Both the position numbers and the translations under genes were made by a program. A stretch of DNA of 63,343 bases, the filler included, from Octopus bimaculoides (lineage: Eukaryota), in the NCBI RefSeq assembly GCF_001194135.2. It is 5 parts of 5 records of this genome, joined end to end, with 100 filler letters (N's around TTAATTAATTAA, not from the genome) between each part and the next. Parts side by side here need not be neighbours in the genome. Positions count along the whole stretch, not along the records: positions 1 to 17,632 come from NC_068989.1; 4 more parts are not named here. One strand, 5' to 3'. The notes beneath the pieces were generated by a model. That model had not been told where the DNA came from. It did no database searches and saw only the letters and a program-made list of their open reading frames with translations. Below are positions 1 to 13,605 of this stretch, one piece after another (within the stretch, counting starts at the first letter, position 1; each line of letters begins with the position of its first letter).

Positions 1-81
1 TTATATATATATGCATGTATATATATATATATATACACACACACATACACACATACACAAACAGAAAATTTTGATAAATTG

Positions 82-82
<1 letters not shown>

Positions 83-131
<49 letters not shown>
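83..131. repeat. (GATA)n microsatellite
   Basis: About 12 perfect GATA units seen directly. Confidence 0.95.
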
Positions 132-132
<1 letters not shown>

Positions 133-357
133 CAGAGGGAGAGCGTACAAACGAACCGAAATAGTACTCAATACGTGCCTTTGAGGCTAAATATTCGTAT
201 TAATAGTTTGTGATTTAGATTCGAATTACTCAACGTTTCACAAACGAAGAATGTACGCATGGTTGTTCAGATGCTTTTAAACGGTAAAACAGCGGCGAGA
301 TCTATACGTAGCTATTTGTCGTTAAGCGACATGTAAAGTCCGTGCTATTAGTCAGAT

Positions 358-674
358 GGTGGAGGCACATGGCCTAGTGATTAAAGCAGCGGACTCGCGG
401 TCGGGGGATCGCGGGTTCGAATCAAAGAACAGGCGATTTATGTATTTATGAGCGAAACACCTTAGCTCTACGCGGCTCCGGCAGAAGGTAATGGCGAACT
501 TCTGCTGACTTTTCCGTCACAACTTTCTCTCACTCTTTCCTCCTGCATCTATCATCTCACCTGCGATGGACCGGTGTCCCGTCTCGGAAAGGAAACTATA
601 CGCCAATGAAACCGAGAAACCGGCCCCTATGAGCAAGGGCTCATAAGGGCCGAGAAGGAATAAACAACAGCAAC
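358..674 (+). mobile_element. tRNA-derived SINE (type C head/body joined to type D tail) with 11-bp TSD
   Basis: A-box-like TGGCCTAGTG and B-box-like GGTTCGAATC; (AAC)-rich tail; direct repeat ATTAGTCAGAT at 347-357 and 675-685; 5' ~190 bp aligns with the 32871 copy. Confidence 0.8.
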
Positions 675-1164
675 ATTAGTCAGATCGGCTTGCATACTAA
701 GGCCAGCTCAAGGACAAAAGCTAAACGTTGTAGTCGTTGAAAAATAGTGAACGGTTGTTGAAGGGAGAATATTTCTGACGCAATGGATAAGAGTGGTCCT
801 ACTTGTTTCTATTTAACACTTCTTTAGAATTTAATCAAATTATGAAATAATGTTATCTAGTATTATCAGATAATGAATTAAACACAGCAAGTCGAAGTTC
901 GAGCAAGCTAGAAGCTCATTCTTTAATAATAAATACAACAGGCTGCTGTAATATTTGCAGTTTTCTAGAGACAAATTAATTCGTAAATGTTGAAATGCAT
1001 CATCGAGTATGCTTCTGGTTGTGCTGGTTAAAGGATTTCTTTAGCTTCAATATCACCTTGAAGACAGTGTTTCAGCATTGCCGCAGTTCAATGGCTGAAA
1101 CAAGTAAAAAATAAAAGTTAAAAGATATCTCTACAAACAGGAACGGCTGTGTGGTAAGTAGCAC

Positions 1165-2316
1165 CACCCAAAACTGACATCGAAAGGCTATTATATACAA
1201 CGTATCGAAGGTGGTAGAGGTCTTATACAGCTAGAAAACTATTACAAAATAACCACCATAGGACTACAGAAATACCAACTTCAGAAGCAAGGGAAATTAA
1301 TAGAAATAGACATAAAACACGAATAAAACAAAAAACTGTTTTCTGTCTTTAAGGAAGCTGACAAATACAAAAAAGTAGTCATAGTACCTAACAACTGTGA
1401 AGAAAAAGAAGAAACAACAAAAGCTGTAAAACAACTGAAATCCAAACTAAAACTGGAATGGCAATGGATCATGATAAAACAATGGCAAGAAAAGTCCCCT
1501 TCATGACAAATATTGGGTTAAACTAAACAGAAAAGAAATAGACAAAGCAAAATCTCAACAATGGCTGAGAAGCTCAGGACTCAAAGCAGAGACTGAAGGA
1601 TTTTTAATTGCAGCACAAGCCTCCTCATCAGAAATTATCAAAAACATATAATGAAAAGAAATATAACAAGTAGCTGCAGAATATGTGGAGATGGACAAGA
1701 AACAATAAACCATATTGTCTCTGGCTGCCCAGTCCTTGCTAAGAAGGAATATATTCACAGACCCGACAGTTAGGATCTATAAATACTGGTAGCTATGCCA
1801 ACACTATGGAATAACAACAGAAAAAAGATGGTATAGGCACACGCCAGAAAAGCCACAGAATATGAGAAAGCAACCATACCCTGGAATATGCCAGTACACA
1901 CAGATAGAGAAATTAAGGCCAAAAGGCCGGATATAGTTATCAGGGATCACCAAGAAAAAATACTTTCTAATCGATGTATCAATACCAACAGATAACAATG
2001 TTTCCTTAAAAGAAACGGAGTAACTTTTAAAATACAAAGATCTGGAAACAGAGGTAACTCGAATGTGGAATCTAAAAACAGAAACAATTCCTGTCATTGT
2101 AAGCGCAATAAGTATGATAAAAAAAAGCATTCAGACAAATACATAACAAAACCACAAGGACTTACAACATGCAGAAGATAGCACTACTAGGCACCGCACA
2201 CATCCTACGTAAAACACTTTCAATACAGTGTAAATGAGAACTTCATAACAAACCACAGCACACACCCAAAGCACATACTCGGTAGGCAGTGAAAGCACGT
2301 GATAAAAATAAGACTA

Positions 2317-2319
<3 letters not shown>
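1165..2319 (+). mobile_element. 5'-truncated R4/Dong-clade non-LTR retrotransposon (CCHC finger plus restriction-like endonuclease), degenerate, ending in (AAT)n
   Basis: With frameshifts it reads HPK.DI.RL...EGGRGL, CRICGDGQETINHIVSGC (from 1675), RPDIV...LIDVSIP...KYKDL and IALLGTAHILRKTLSIQ*; the 3' end abuts the AAT array at 2320. Confidence 0.85.
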
Positions 2320-2354
<35 letters not shown>

Positions 2355-2739
2355 CAACAACAACAACAACAACAACGGCAACGACGACGGTGATGATAAT
2401 GTTGATGGTCTCTTGCGTCAATTTCGACGGCGTATGAGTGTTTGCAGGAGAAAATTTAATTAGAAAGAAAAGGGTGAGAAAGAATAAGAGAAAATAATTT
2501 TTAAAATAAAAGAATTTGCGTCTACTTGCGATGGATGCACGAACGTAATTTGAGCGACAGATATAGATTTTGCTATGAAGTTACAATGGAGACACTGACA
2601 ATTTTTTTAATTTTGTCTGGGATTGGACAAATGTGTCTGTTGATTGTAGGATATAATTCTGTTATTGTTCTGTTACTACAATTCATTGTTTTGATGCATC
2701 AGGACATGTTTTACGCCAGGCAATGACTTTCCCATGACG

Positions 2740-2900
2740 TTACATTAAGCTGTAGACATTTTAGTGACTTGCTTTAACTTATCTTTACAGCTAAGGACGG
2801 GTCTTCCTTTACCGCGGGATCCTTTCACTTGCTGGCCATGCAAAAGAATTTCCGGAATACGGTCATCTTTCTTCTGAACATGTCCTATCCATTTGCACAG
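2740..2900 (-). mobile_element. RTE-clade LINE C-terminal fragment
   Basis: Minus strand reads KWIGHVQKKDDRIPEILLHGQQVKGSRGKGRPVLSCKDKLK, matching the RTE motif WxGHVxR..D.RIPK.LL.G...G.R..GRP. Confidence 0.7.
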
Positions 2901-3187
2901 AATTCTCAGCAATATGCTTTTGACACCAGAACTATCACAATTTGCTAAGATTTTGACATTTGATATCTTATCTTGCTATTTTTCTTGCTATTTTCTGTTG
3001 CAGATATATACAGTACATGTGAAAGGTTTCAAGTTTCTTTATATGCCAATATAGGGAGTTCGTGCTTCTGCCTATGCAAAAGTGTGCTCAAAATACAGGA
3101 ATGAATGCAAGAAGTGTATAGCCTTTTATACACTGAGTCGTGAGGCGCTCTGAAAAATTTTGTCAACGGTTGGTCTTCCTGATCAAA

Positions 3188-3432
<245 letters not shown>

Positions 3433-3569
3433 GAATGTCTTCCACGAAAATTAACAGCCAGGTATCAAAGCTTATAAAGTGCAGAAAGAGACCTTGTGAG
3501 ACCTCTGTCAGCAGGCTGCTGTCCGCTCTCACAGAATCTACCAGACCAAATAAGACCGAGCACTCTGAG

Positions 3570-3766
3570 AAGTAACTCCTCGCCATATCGCGGTTTATTA
3601 TTTAAGCCTACGTCGATTCCTCCGTGGTGTTGTTTTGCATTTATGATTAAAAAAATAGATATATATACAAATTATAAAAATTATATTAAAAAAAATACAG
3701 TACTGTTTCTACTTCGCGGACTTTGGATTTTGGAACGTAGCGTCCGCGATAGTCGAGGGATTACTG
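3570..3766 (-). mobile_element. Tigger/pogo-like MITE, degenerate copy
   Basis: Right end GAGGGATTACTG and degraded left end AGTAACTCCTCGCC; the interior is the reverse complement of 34450-34687. Confidence 0.7.
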
Positions 3767-3779
3767 CAATAATCCTTCC

Positions 3780-4215
3780 TACTGTAGGTACATGGCCTGA
3801 AATTTGCGGGTAGAGGATAAATCGATTACATCTACCCCAGTACTTAATTTATCGACCACGAAAGGATAAAAGGCAGAGTCGACCTCGGCAGAATTTGAAC
3901 TCAGGACGTAGCGACGGGCGAAATACCGCTCAGCATTTTGCCCCTTCGTGCTATGATTCTGCCAGCTCACCGCCTTAACAATAACGATAATAATAATAAT
4001 AATTCTTTCTAATATAGGCACTTGGCTTGAAATTTAGAGGAAGGAGCGAATTGAGTACATCAACCCTGGTGCTTGGCCGGTGCTTACTTTCTTGATCTAG
4101 AAAAGATGACAGGCAAAGTCGATCTCGGTGGTAATTGAATCAGAAAGTAAAGAAGCGGAAGAAAATCCTCTAAGCATTTTATCCGGAAAGGCAACGATTT
4201 TGCCACTTCGCTGAC
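3780..4215 (-). mobile_element. Two tandem type A tRNA-derived SINEs
   Basis: Reverse complements of the GGCGAGCTGGCAGAA...GTTCAAATT...GTCGACTTTGCCTTTCATCC family at about 3780-3977 and 4003-4215. Confidence 0.8.
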
Positions 4216-4298
4216 TTGTACGTATAAGCTCACATTCAAAGGAGAGTATTGTCACTTTGAGTCACAGGAGAAGACACCACATGAAACCTTTGGTGATC

Positions 4299-4378
<80 letters not shown>

Positions 4379-4789
4379 NNNNNNNNNNNNNNNNNNNNNN
4401 NNNNNNNNNNNNNNNNNNNNNNNNNNNNNNNNNNNNNNNNNNNNNNNNNNNNNNNNNNNNNNNNNNNNNNNNNNNNNNNNNNNNNNNNNNNNNNNNNNNN
4501 NNNNNNNNNNNNNNNNNNNNNNNNNNNNNNNNNNNNNNNNNNNNNNNNNNNNNNNNNNNNNNNNNNNNNNNNNNNNNNNNNNNNNNNNNNNNNNNNNNNN
4601 NNNNNNNNNNNNNNNNNNNNNNNNNNNNNNNNNNNNNNNNNNNNNNNNNNNNNNNNNNNNNNNNNNNNNNNNNNNNNNNNNNNNNNNNNNNNNNNNNNNN
4701 NNNNNNNNNNNNNNNNNNNNNNNAGAAGAAGAAGAAGAAGAAGAAGAAGAAGAAGAAGAAGAAGAAGAAGAAGAAGAAGAAGAAGAAGA

Positions 4790-5500
4790 AGAAAACTCTT
4801 CAAGAAGGAAATTTTTCCAACAGCTGAACAACGATTATGAACATCGGAGGAACGATATGCCAGATGCCAAAGCAGCAAGGAACATTTGGTCTGATATTTG
4901 GAGCAAAGAATTTTAACAAAACAGGGAAGTGAACTGTTTCAAAGCGAAATGGAAAATAGATCAAAATAACAAAGTATAATATCATAGATGAGGAAATGAA
5001 AGAAATTCTTAAGAAAAATACAAAATTGGAAAACCCCTGGACCAAATAATGTTCAGGGAATCTGACTGTTAAAAATCCCTCGAATATGCACAGTTATACA
5101 CATCCATTTCTTAGTGACTGTATAGAAAATGGAACACCAACATGGATAGTAAAAATAAAAACAGTGCTAATACAGGACAAAGAGAAGAGGCAGGAAGTCG
5201 GTAATTATAGACTTATTACATGCTCACCATTACACTGGAAATTATTAACTGGCCTCATAACAAATGAATTATATAATTTTCTGGAGAAGGAGAATTCATT
5301 GCCAAAGGAACAAAAGGGATGCAGAAGGAAATCAGGGGGAACTGCTGCTCTGTTGTATATTGATAGCAAAGCAATTGATGAGATACGAGTCGAAAGAATT
5401 TAGCTGTTGGCTGGAACGACTACTCAAGAGCTTACGCCGACGTTCCACTCTGCTGGCTCTTGGAGTGCCTGGTGACGTTTGAGGTTAATGAGAAAATAAA
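4790..5500 (+). pseudogene. R4/Dong-clade reverse transcriptase N-terminal fragment
   Basis: KTVLIQDK..GNYRLITCSPLHWKLLTGLI...LPKEQKGCRRKSGGT..LLYID then AVGWNDYSRAYADVP..WLLECL: a degenerate early RT region with stops and frameshifts. Confidence 0.8.
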
Positions 5501-5734
5501 TAGATCTCCCACGCCCGGCAAAGATAGAATGCCAAATTTCAGGCTCACATCGCACACGGAATGTTACTTCAGCTGTTATAAAATTTTAACATCTATCTTT
5601 CATCGTGGAGAAACCATATACATTTATGGAACAGAACGCTGTTTTCCCCCACTAGACAACGAAGGTGCCATCGAGCGTCCTCTCAACTATTATCCAGAGA
5701 TGATTTTTAAAATGAGAATATCTGAAATAAACTC

Positions 5735-5995
5735 GACTGCTCTCACAAATGAGAATACTAAAAATGAACCCGACCGCTCTCAAAATTTAAGTAAAAAAAT
5801 ACAGTAAAATAATCCAGAAACCTTGTCAGGTACCGGATCGATCCCAAAATCTAATCAGTTCGTGCCAGTTACGAGGCCAAACATCCCTGAAAGTTTCATT
5901 TGTATCCATCCAGCGGTTCTTGAGATAACTTGTCCACGGTCAAACAAACACGACTGAAAATAATACCTCAGCCTTCGCTAAGGCAGGGGTAATAA
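5735..5995 (+). mobile_element. Non-autonomous element resembling Helentron-associated HINE/DINE repeats
   Basis: Has the layout ...AAAGTTTCAT...GGTTCTTGAGATA...AAACAAAC...AAAATAATACCTC and a terminal hairpin GCCTT-CGCT-AAGGC. The family call is by resemblance only. Confidence 0.4.
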
Positions 5996-6540
5996 GGTAG
6001 TGGCATACTTGAACGAGATAATATACAAGGGTTACAAAATAAAAGACATGTGAGAAACGATATGAACATCAGTTGAACATGGTCAAAGGCAACAACGATA
6101 TGACCTTCCTCTGAGGAATGACCATCCACACTGACAGATAGATAAACGCTAACATTTCTGACATCGTTATCAAGGAGATGAGAATGAAAAGAGGGTATTT
6201 ATCAACGTTCAAACAGAAACACCATGAAAGACACAGAAAAGCTAAATGGGTAGAGAGATCTGGAGAATGAAATCAATGGAATGTGGAATATGAAGACTGA
6301 AATAAGACCAGAAGTATTTAACTTCACTAGAACTCATGAGGAAGATAATGGATAAAGTACACCAACCGTATCCCGGCGGTTGACACCGGCATTTACACAG
6401 TGCAGTAAAACGTCTTGGAACAGGTCATATACTACGGGGAGTGTACATAAGCTGTTCCAGCTTGTGGTCGAGGCCCAGAGCCGCAACAGCACCACGGAAT
6501 GTAAAGTAGGAATTACAAAAAATAATAACAAAAACAACAA
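5995..6540 (+). mobile_element. Highly degenerate R4/Dong 3' end, probably the continuation of 4790-5500
   Basis: Remnants of IHTDR..DIVI, DLENE...MWNMKTE and GTGHILR, followed by (AAT/AAC)n. Confidence 0.6.
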
Positions 6541-7470
6541 CAATAATAATAATTAAAATGATGATGATGATGATGATGATGATGANNNNNNNNNNNNNNN
6601 NNNNNNNNNNNNNNNNNNNNNNNNNNNNNNNNNNNNNNNNNNNNNNNNNNNNNNNNNNNNNNNNNNNNNNNNNNNNNNNNNNNNNNNNNNNNNNNNNNNN
6701 NNNNNNNNNNNNNNNNNNNNNNNNNNNNNNNNNNNNNNNNNNNNNNNNNNNNNNNNNNNNNNNNNNNNNNNNNNNNNNNNNNNNNNNNNNNNNNNNNNNN
6801 NNNNNNNNNNNNNNNNNNNNNNNNNNNNNNNNNNNNNNNNNNNNNNNNNNNNNNNNNNNNNNNNNNNNNNNNNNNNNNNNNNNNNNNNNNNNNNNNNNNN
6901 NNNNNNNNNNNNNNNNNNNNNNNNNNNNNNNNNNNNNNNNNNNNNNNNNNNNNNNNNNNNNNNNNNNNNNNNNNNNNNNNNNNNNNNNNNNNNNNNNNNN
7001 NNNNNNNNNNNNNNNNNNNNNNNNNNNNNNNNNNNNNNNNNNNNNNNNNNNNNNNNNNNNNNNNNNNNNNNNNNNNNNNNNNNNNNNNNNNNNNNNNNNN
7101 NNNNNNNNNNNNNNNNNNNNNNNNNNNNNNNNNNNNNNNNNNNNNNNNNNNNNNNNNNNNNNNNNNNNNNNNNNNNNNNNNNNNNNNNNNNNNNNNNNNN
7201 NNNNNNNNNNNNNNNNNNNNNNNNNNNNNNNNNNNNNNNNNNNNNNNNNNNNNNNNNNNNNNNNNNNNNNNNNNNNNNNNNNNNNNNNNNNNNNNNNNNN
7301 NNNNNNNNNNNNNNNNNNNNNNNNNNNNNNNNNNNNNNNNNNNNNNNNNNNNNNNNNNNNNNNNNNNNNNNNNNNNNNNNNNNNNNNNNNNNNNNNNNNN
7401 NNNNNNNNNNNNNNNNNNNNNNNNNNNNNNNNNNNNNNNNNNNNNNNNNNNNNNNNNNNNNNNNNNNNNG

Positions 7471-7707
7471 TAGGTGCCTTGGGTATAATAAAAAAATATT
7501 CAGACAAATACATAACAAAAATAGCAGGACTTACAAATATATATAACATACAGAAAATTGCACTACTGGGTACTGCACACATTCTACGCAAAACACTTTC
7601 AATACAGTAAACATAAGAGCACCACAGCAAACCACAGCACATACCCAAGGCGCACAGAGCTGCGCTCGGTAGTGAAGTGAAAGCACGTTATAAAAATAAA
7701 ACTACTG
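7471..7707 (+). mobile_element. R4/Dong 3' end (subfamily A) followed by (AAT)n
   Basis: GALGIIKKYSDKYITKIAGLTNIYNIQKIALLGTAHILRKTLSIQ*; the 3' UTR is similar to those at 2230-2319 and 8735-8810. Confidence 0.85.
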
Positions 7708-7734
7708 AATAATAATAATAATAATAATAATAAA

Positions 7735-7824
7735 AGAAATGGAGAAACTTTCAAAATACAAAGACCTGGAAATACAGGTAACTTGAATGTGGAATCTAAA
7801 AACAGAAATAATTCCTATCATAGT
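7735..7824 (+). mobile_element. Short R4/Dong fragment (KEMEKLSKYKDLEIQVT*MWNLKTEIIPII)
   Basis: Homologous to about 2010-2100; in the element this segment lies immediately upstream of the 7471 segment. Confidence 0.7.
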
Positions 7825-8290
7825 TGTTTGACCTTAACCAGTTGAGCATGTCCCTTGGTGGCTGATAACATGTGCATCATTGATCAAGAGCGGAAGTAGT
7901 GGGAGAACATCATAGACATGTGTTGAGAGAAATTCTTCGGGGTTTGAATAATTTACGTCTGGAATCATTAGTGTTTCATTCAACATCCTTAAACAACCCT
8001 TAATCAGCGACATTTTTTGAGTGTGATGTGCTACTTGACTTGGAAAAGAATTCTATCTGAGCCCCCACCTAAAAGGTCATGCGATGTTTACTTTAATATG
8101 AGGTCACCATGTCGCGCACGTATGTCTGCCATGGATGTGTCTGATGTACCCTTATCAGACTGGTAGTTATGATGGGTATACTGGGTTTCGTATATTTCTA
8201 TCCCAGTGTCACTTTGATGGGCCTGGCTGCTCCCTCACTCAACAACAACAACAATAACAGCAACATCAATGACAATAATAATAATAATAA

Positions 8291-8508
8291 TTGTCGGAGC
8301 CCTGGGAACGGTGAGTAAAAATCTTGAGAAGTACATAGAACAAATAGGGGCTGCAATAAGGGTGGAGCACTTGCAGAAAACAGCACTGCTTGGAGCCGCT
8401 CGAATACTCCGGAAAATGCTCGAAAAATAAGAGGTGTTACGTTAGTTCACTGGTAGTGAACAGCTGACACTGTAGTACATCTCCAGCGTTAGAAGCTGTG
8501 CAAAGGCA
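8291..8508 (+). mobile_element. R4/Dong 3' end (subfamily B) flanked by (AAT)n on both sides
   Basis: IVGALGTVSKNLEKYIEQIGAAIRVEHLQKTALLGAARILRKMLEK*; the same subfamily occurs on the minus strand at 15478-15863. Confidence 0.8.
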
Positions 8509-8511
8509 ATG

Positions 8512-8570
<59 letters not shown>

Positions 8571-8574
<4 letters not shown>

Positions 8575-8807
8575 GAAACTATTTGTATCATAGTGGGCGC
8601 ATTAGGCATGATAAAAAAATATTCCGACAAATACATAACAAAAACACTAGGACTTACAACTATATACAACATGCAGAAAATTGCACTACTGGGCACTGCA
8701 CACATCCTACGTAAAACACTTTCTATACAGTAACCATAAGAGCATCACAGCACAAACCCAAGGCACACAGAGCTGCGCTCGGTAGTGAAGTGAAAGCACG
8801 TTATAAA

Positions 8808-8810
<3 letters not shown>
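8571..8810 (+). mobile_element. R4/Dong 3' end (subfamily A) flanked by (AAT)n on both sides
   Basis: TETICIIVGALGMIKKYSDKYITKTLGLTTIYNMQKIALLGTAHILRKTLSIQ*. Confidence 0.85.
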
Positions 8811-8856
<46 letters not shown>

Positions 8857-9049
8857 TGAACACCCACGTCTTTAAAATCTTTTAGACCCGGAAATTTATT
8901 GCAGGTTCAAGTAGATTTCCCATCATCATTATGCCAGTTCTAATTGCCACAAACTCTACCTGCTTCATCCGGGACTCACCCACAAATAGCCAACTTACGA
9001 CACACACACACAACTCAAACACTCTCGCAAAAAAGGAAAATATTAATCT

Positions 9050-9195
9050 CCACCACCATCACCACCACCACCACCACCACCACTACCACCATCACCACCA
9101 TCATCATCATCATCATCAAGAACAACAACATCATCAACATCATCATCATCATCATCATCATCATCAACATCATCATCATCATCATCATCATCAAG

Positions 9196-9240
<45 letters not shown>

Positions 9241-9335
9241 CACAGCAACAACATCATTATCATCATCAGCATCATTGTTGCCACCGTCGTCGTTGTCGTC
9301 ATCATCGTCATCACAACCATCATCTTCTCCATCAA
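9050..9335. repeat. Compound (CAC)/(CAT)/(CAA) trinucleotide microsatellite
   Basis: Seen directly; it generates the poly-H, poly-I and poly-D pseudo-ORFs. Confidence 0.9.
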
Positions 9336-9694
9336 TTTTGACATCTAACCCAGATTGTATGAGACTGATATATTTGGGAAATGGGTTTGTTCTTCGTTGA
9401 CAGAAAAGGTCACCAGCCAGCAGGAAGCTCTTCGATTCCATGTTTCATGTTGGACTTAAATGGAACATTGTGTAAGTTTCTGTATGTGGGTATGTGTGTA
9501 TGATTGTGAGTCTGTGCCTATTTTGAATTTGCGTGTGTATGTGTGTGTGTGTATGTGAAAGAGAGAGAGAGAGAGAGCGAGAGAGAAAGATATTGTGTGT
9601 GTGTGTGTGTGTGTATGTATGTGTGTGAGTGTGTAGTAATTTTTTGCGTGTACATTTATGTTACATTGTGAATTTTTCTGTGTGCTCCTCAATG

Positions 9695-9740
<46 letters not shown>

Positions 9741-9799
9741 TACACAAACACACACGTACACACATGTAAGAACATTTCTTATATACATAATGATGCTTC

Positions 9800-10060
9800 C
9801 TATTGCCGCTACTCGGAGCAACCAGTTTTTCATATTCTTTCAAGTGGCCATTTTGGAAAAAATAGGCGTGAATATTTACAAGACAGCGTTTAGCGACGTG
9901 TTTTACCAATCTATGCATATGATTCTGTAATATGCTCCATGAGTCTCTTAAAAGTGTTTCTATCTGGGAATGTTTGCTCCCGATTAACACACCGGTGCTG
10001 TTTATCAGGGAAATCACTCTACAACATTGAAAGGAGCACCACATGTTGTCGAAGTTTACT
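9800..10060 (-). pseudogene. Possible degenerate Penelope-type GIY-YIG remnant
   Basis: Minus-strand fragments NVV... and ...RNTFKRLMEH loosely fit NVVY.F.C...YIG.T.R....RL.EH, but several frameshifts are needed. Confidence 0.25.
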
Positions 10061-10330
10061 TTTAGGCAGTGATCTTCATTCAGTTTGGATTTCAATATGA
10101 TCTGGTCCAGTCACGTATTTTGCTGATGAGAGAATATATTTCCTCTTATGTTTACATTTAGAGATTTTTTCTTTTTAAAGTCATTAACTATTTCAATTAG
10201 AACTTCACATTTTTTTTCACATGCATACTTTGCATCTGTTATTATTGCTGTCGATTTATGGTTTAGCCATTCCTGTAATTCTCCACGTCTTGATGCCTCA
10301 TGTGATATCCCTATTATTGATATTCACTAT

Positions 10331-10594
10331 AAATAAATAAATAAATGCGCCCCTTTTAAAGCCTAGCCAAGCTCATGGGCCCAGTTTCCCGGTCTCAATG
10401 GCGTATGTCTTCTCCAGCTGGACGGGACGCCAGTCCATCGCAGCGTTACTCATTTTTGCCAGCTGAGTGGACTGGAGCAATGTGAAATGAAGTATTTTTC
10501 TCAAGAACACAACGCGTCACCCGGTCCAAGAATCGAAACCACAATCTGCGATCATGAAGCTGACACCCTAACCACTAAGCCACGCGCCTTCACG
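10331..10594 (-). mobile_element. tRNA-derived SINE type D with ~12-bp TSD
   Basis: Head TGGCTTAGTGG...GGTTTCGATTC; body GTGTTCTTGAG...GCTCCAGTCCACTCAGCTG; tail GCGATGGACTGGCGTCCCGTCCAG; (ATTT)n end; flanks GATATTCACTAT and GATATTCAATAT. Confidence 0.8.
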
Positions 10595-11488
10595 GATATT
10601 CAATATACAATGTAACAATGTTATAGAATTCATTTTATCCATGAATATAAACAGATGAGTATGTTGCGCATATCGAATTTGGAAGGTGTTTTTACTATTA
10701 CCTCTATACATACATTTTAAATTCTATCTGCTGTTCTCACATCAGCCCTATACAAAAACGCCTTCAATAAGCATTTTCCATAAAAATCATAGTTTAGTAG
10801 GTTTCTGAAGTTCAATTAAGTTTCTGATGAGCTGGACTTATCGGGAATTGGATGATAGAGAATGGTAGGACTAATTTGAATAATTCTTGTTAAATATTTT
10901 GCAATATGTATGTGAAACAGGGAAAGTGTATATATTGAATGATAACAAAGTTCCTCTCTATGTTTGTGGATACATATGTACTATATTGTAATAAATTATC
11001 GAGTTATTTTTATGTTTTGTGGACAGAACTTGTATAGAATGTTGTATGAACTTCAATTTGAGTTTTAAATATTTTTTTACAATGCATTGTTATGAGGTGC
11101 GGCGGTTTATTAAATCCTATTTGGTTCGATCTTCTCGAAATAAAAATTAAGTAGCTGTACTATATTAAAATCATAAACCATGTCTTCCAGGCTGGAACGC
11201 TTCTAACAAACTCTGACCCATTCGCCGACAACACTCAACCTGAGATAATCAATGTGACATATATATATATATATAGTGAGAATTTACAAAAGCCAAAAGA
11301 CGAAGACGGGTGTGTAAACAATAAATAGATGTATTAGTTAAACGCTCGGGAAGTGAGAAAGTCCTTTACGTTTTGTGCCTACGCTCCTCAACACAAAGGA
11401 ACACATACACGCACACACACGCACACACACACATACACACACACACATACATACACACACACACAGACACACACACACACGCATGGAC

Positions 11489-11539
<51 letters not shown>

Positions 11540-11544
<5 letters not shown>

Positions 11545-11754
11545 TCTTTTATTTGTTTTAGTCATTTTCACTACGACCATGCTGGAGCAACGCCTCGAAG
11601 GGTTTTAGTTGAACAAATCAACCCCAAGACTTATTTTTTTTAGAAGCCTAGTACCTGTTCTATCGTTCTCTTTTGGCGAACAGTTCAGTTACGGAGGCGT
11701 GAACACACCAACACCGGTTGTGAAGCGGTGACAGTGGAGTACACAGACGCAAAG

Positions 11755-11785
<31 letters not shown>

Positions 11786-11915
11786 CGACGGGCTTCTTTC
11801 AGTTTCCGTCTACCAAATCTACTCACAAGGCTTTGGCTGGCCCAAGGCTATAGTAGAAGACACCTACCCAAAGTGTCACGCAGTAGGAATGAACCCTGAA
11901 CCATGTGGTTGAGAA
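11540..11915 (-). mobile_element. CORE-like SINE type B with internal (CA)n
   Basis: Carries the MIR-core-like motif (C/T)CTTGGG(C/T)A(A/G)GTGTCTTCTACTATAGCC on the minus strand; many copies in the window. Confidence 0.8.
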
Positions 11916-13605
11916 GCACACGCCTATGCCTAATATATATATATTACTTCATATAAATTTAATTTTTAATAAATTGATTTTAATTGAGATTTTACCTGTA
12001 ATTTTGGATTTTATCCCAAATATATATATATATATANNNNNNNNNNNNNNNNNNNNNNNNNNNNNNNNNNNNNNNNNNNNNNNNNNNNNNNNNNNNNNNN
12101 NNNNNNNNNNNNNNNNNNNNNNNNNNNNNNNNNNNNNNNNNNNNNNNNNNNNNNNNNNNNNNNNNNNNNNNNNNNNNNNNAAATGCCTTTCGTAACATCG
12201 CCTTTAATATATTCAATTTCACTAAAAGAAACTGTTGTTTGAACAAACGTGTAAAATGGGCAACTCCAAGCAGCGACATTGTCAATTAACAGCTGCGTAT
12301 GATAACTAATCATACTCTACAATCTCTGATTAGTAATTTTACATTCGTTTCTGAACATAATAACTATATAATGTGTTCCTATCGATGGAGAAGCATTAAA
12401 AAACTGTGGCAGATTATTCATTAACTACACAGACAACATAAAACATTTAACAAGAATTCAGTATAATCTAGATATAATCCTTTGCCTAGAAAAAGTACAG
12501 ACTCCCATCGTTCAAATTCATGTCATTACCGGATATTTTTAGAATTCATACTCGTTAATTACAATTTCAAAATAATTTACAAAACACAGTCAATAGCTTT
12601 TAGAATGACGTAGATAGATTTCAAATGAACTCTCTGAAAAAATAATCTATATGCATGTCACGTGGTATGTTAGTAGAGTTTTGTCAAAATTATAAACTTT
12701 ACATTGAAATCACATCACATGTGATGATCAATTTCAATTCTAAAAATGAATTAGTGGCCTAACGGGACCCGAAAAACAGGGAAAATCCGATTGGCAACAA
12801 AGCGTATTATAGTAGGTTTATGCACGTGCATGTGTGTGTATATGAGTGTGTGAGAGAGTGTGGGTGGGATGAGGGCGCAATTGAAGCATTTGTGGAAAGA
12901 GCATGGACGTTATGGCGGTCTTAAAAGAGATAATTATTACTCTACCAATGAAGTTTAATAAAATTACAACTCGTTTGGTTAATTTTATGAATTGAATGAT
13001 TTTAGTGGTCGGCAGTATCTTTATCGTTAGCAATCTTTTGAAAGCTGACTAACATTCTCTCTCATCTCTAACTCCTCTCTCGGTCCCCATCTTTCCTTCT
13101 TTCTCTCTCTGTCCCTCTCTTTCTCTTTCGATATGATAATTCTTGATATTGAAATATATAGAATGCCATAAATTTTCTGAATAGTTTTCACAACAATATA
13201 AAGAGGATTCTATACTTCTATACAACCTGTTCATGATAATATATAATTTAGAAGCATATGACTTCTGTATATTTTGTATAGCCAACACAATCTTTGTTTG
13301 TTTCTATTGTTCAATAACTGTAAGATTTATAAGACGACAATTGTAGCTGACATAACAGAAGATTAATTTATCTATTGATTCGTACCAATATTTTACCCTA
13401 TCTTCATTAATATGATTTTTTTCTAACAAAGTGCTTTTGCAATGCAATGACTTGCACTGTACTCTATGCCTATTTCTTGTTGTACTTCACATTTTTCTGC
13501 TAATTTGTCTGCTTCATTACCTACGCCTACCGTTTTTGTGAACTCGTATAACAAGCACCATAATTTGTATATTATTTTTAAATAAATATTTTTCATATTT
13601 TTTAA

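Noticed and set aside
7825-8240. Complex ~420-bp segment that resembles an interspersed repeat
   Set aside because: Only one copy in the window and no diagnostic termini, so it cannot be classified from this sequence.
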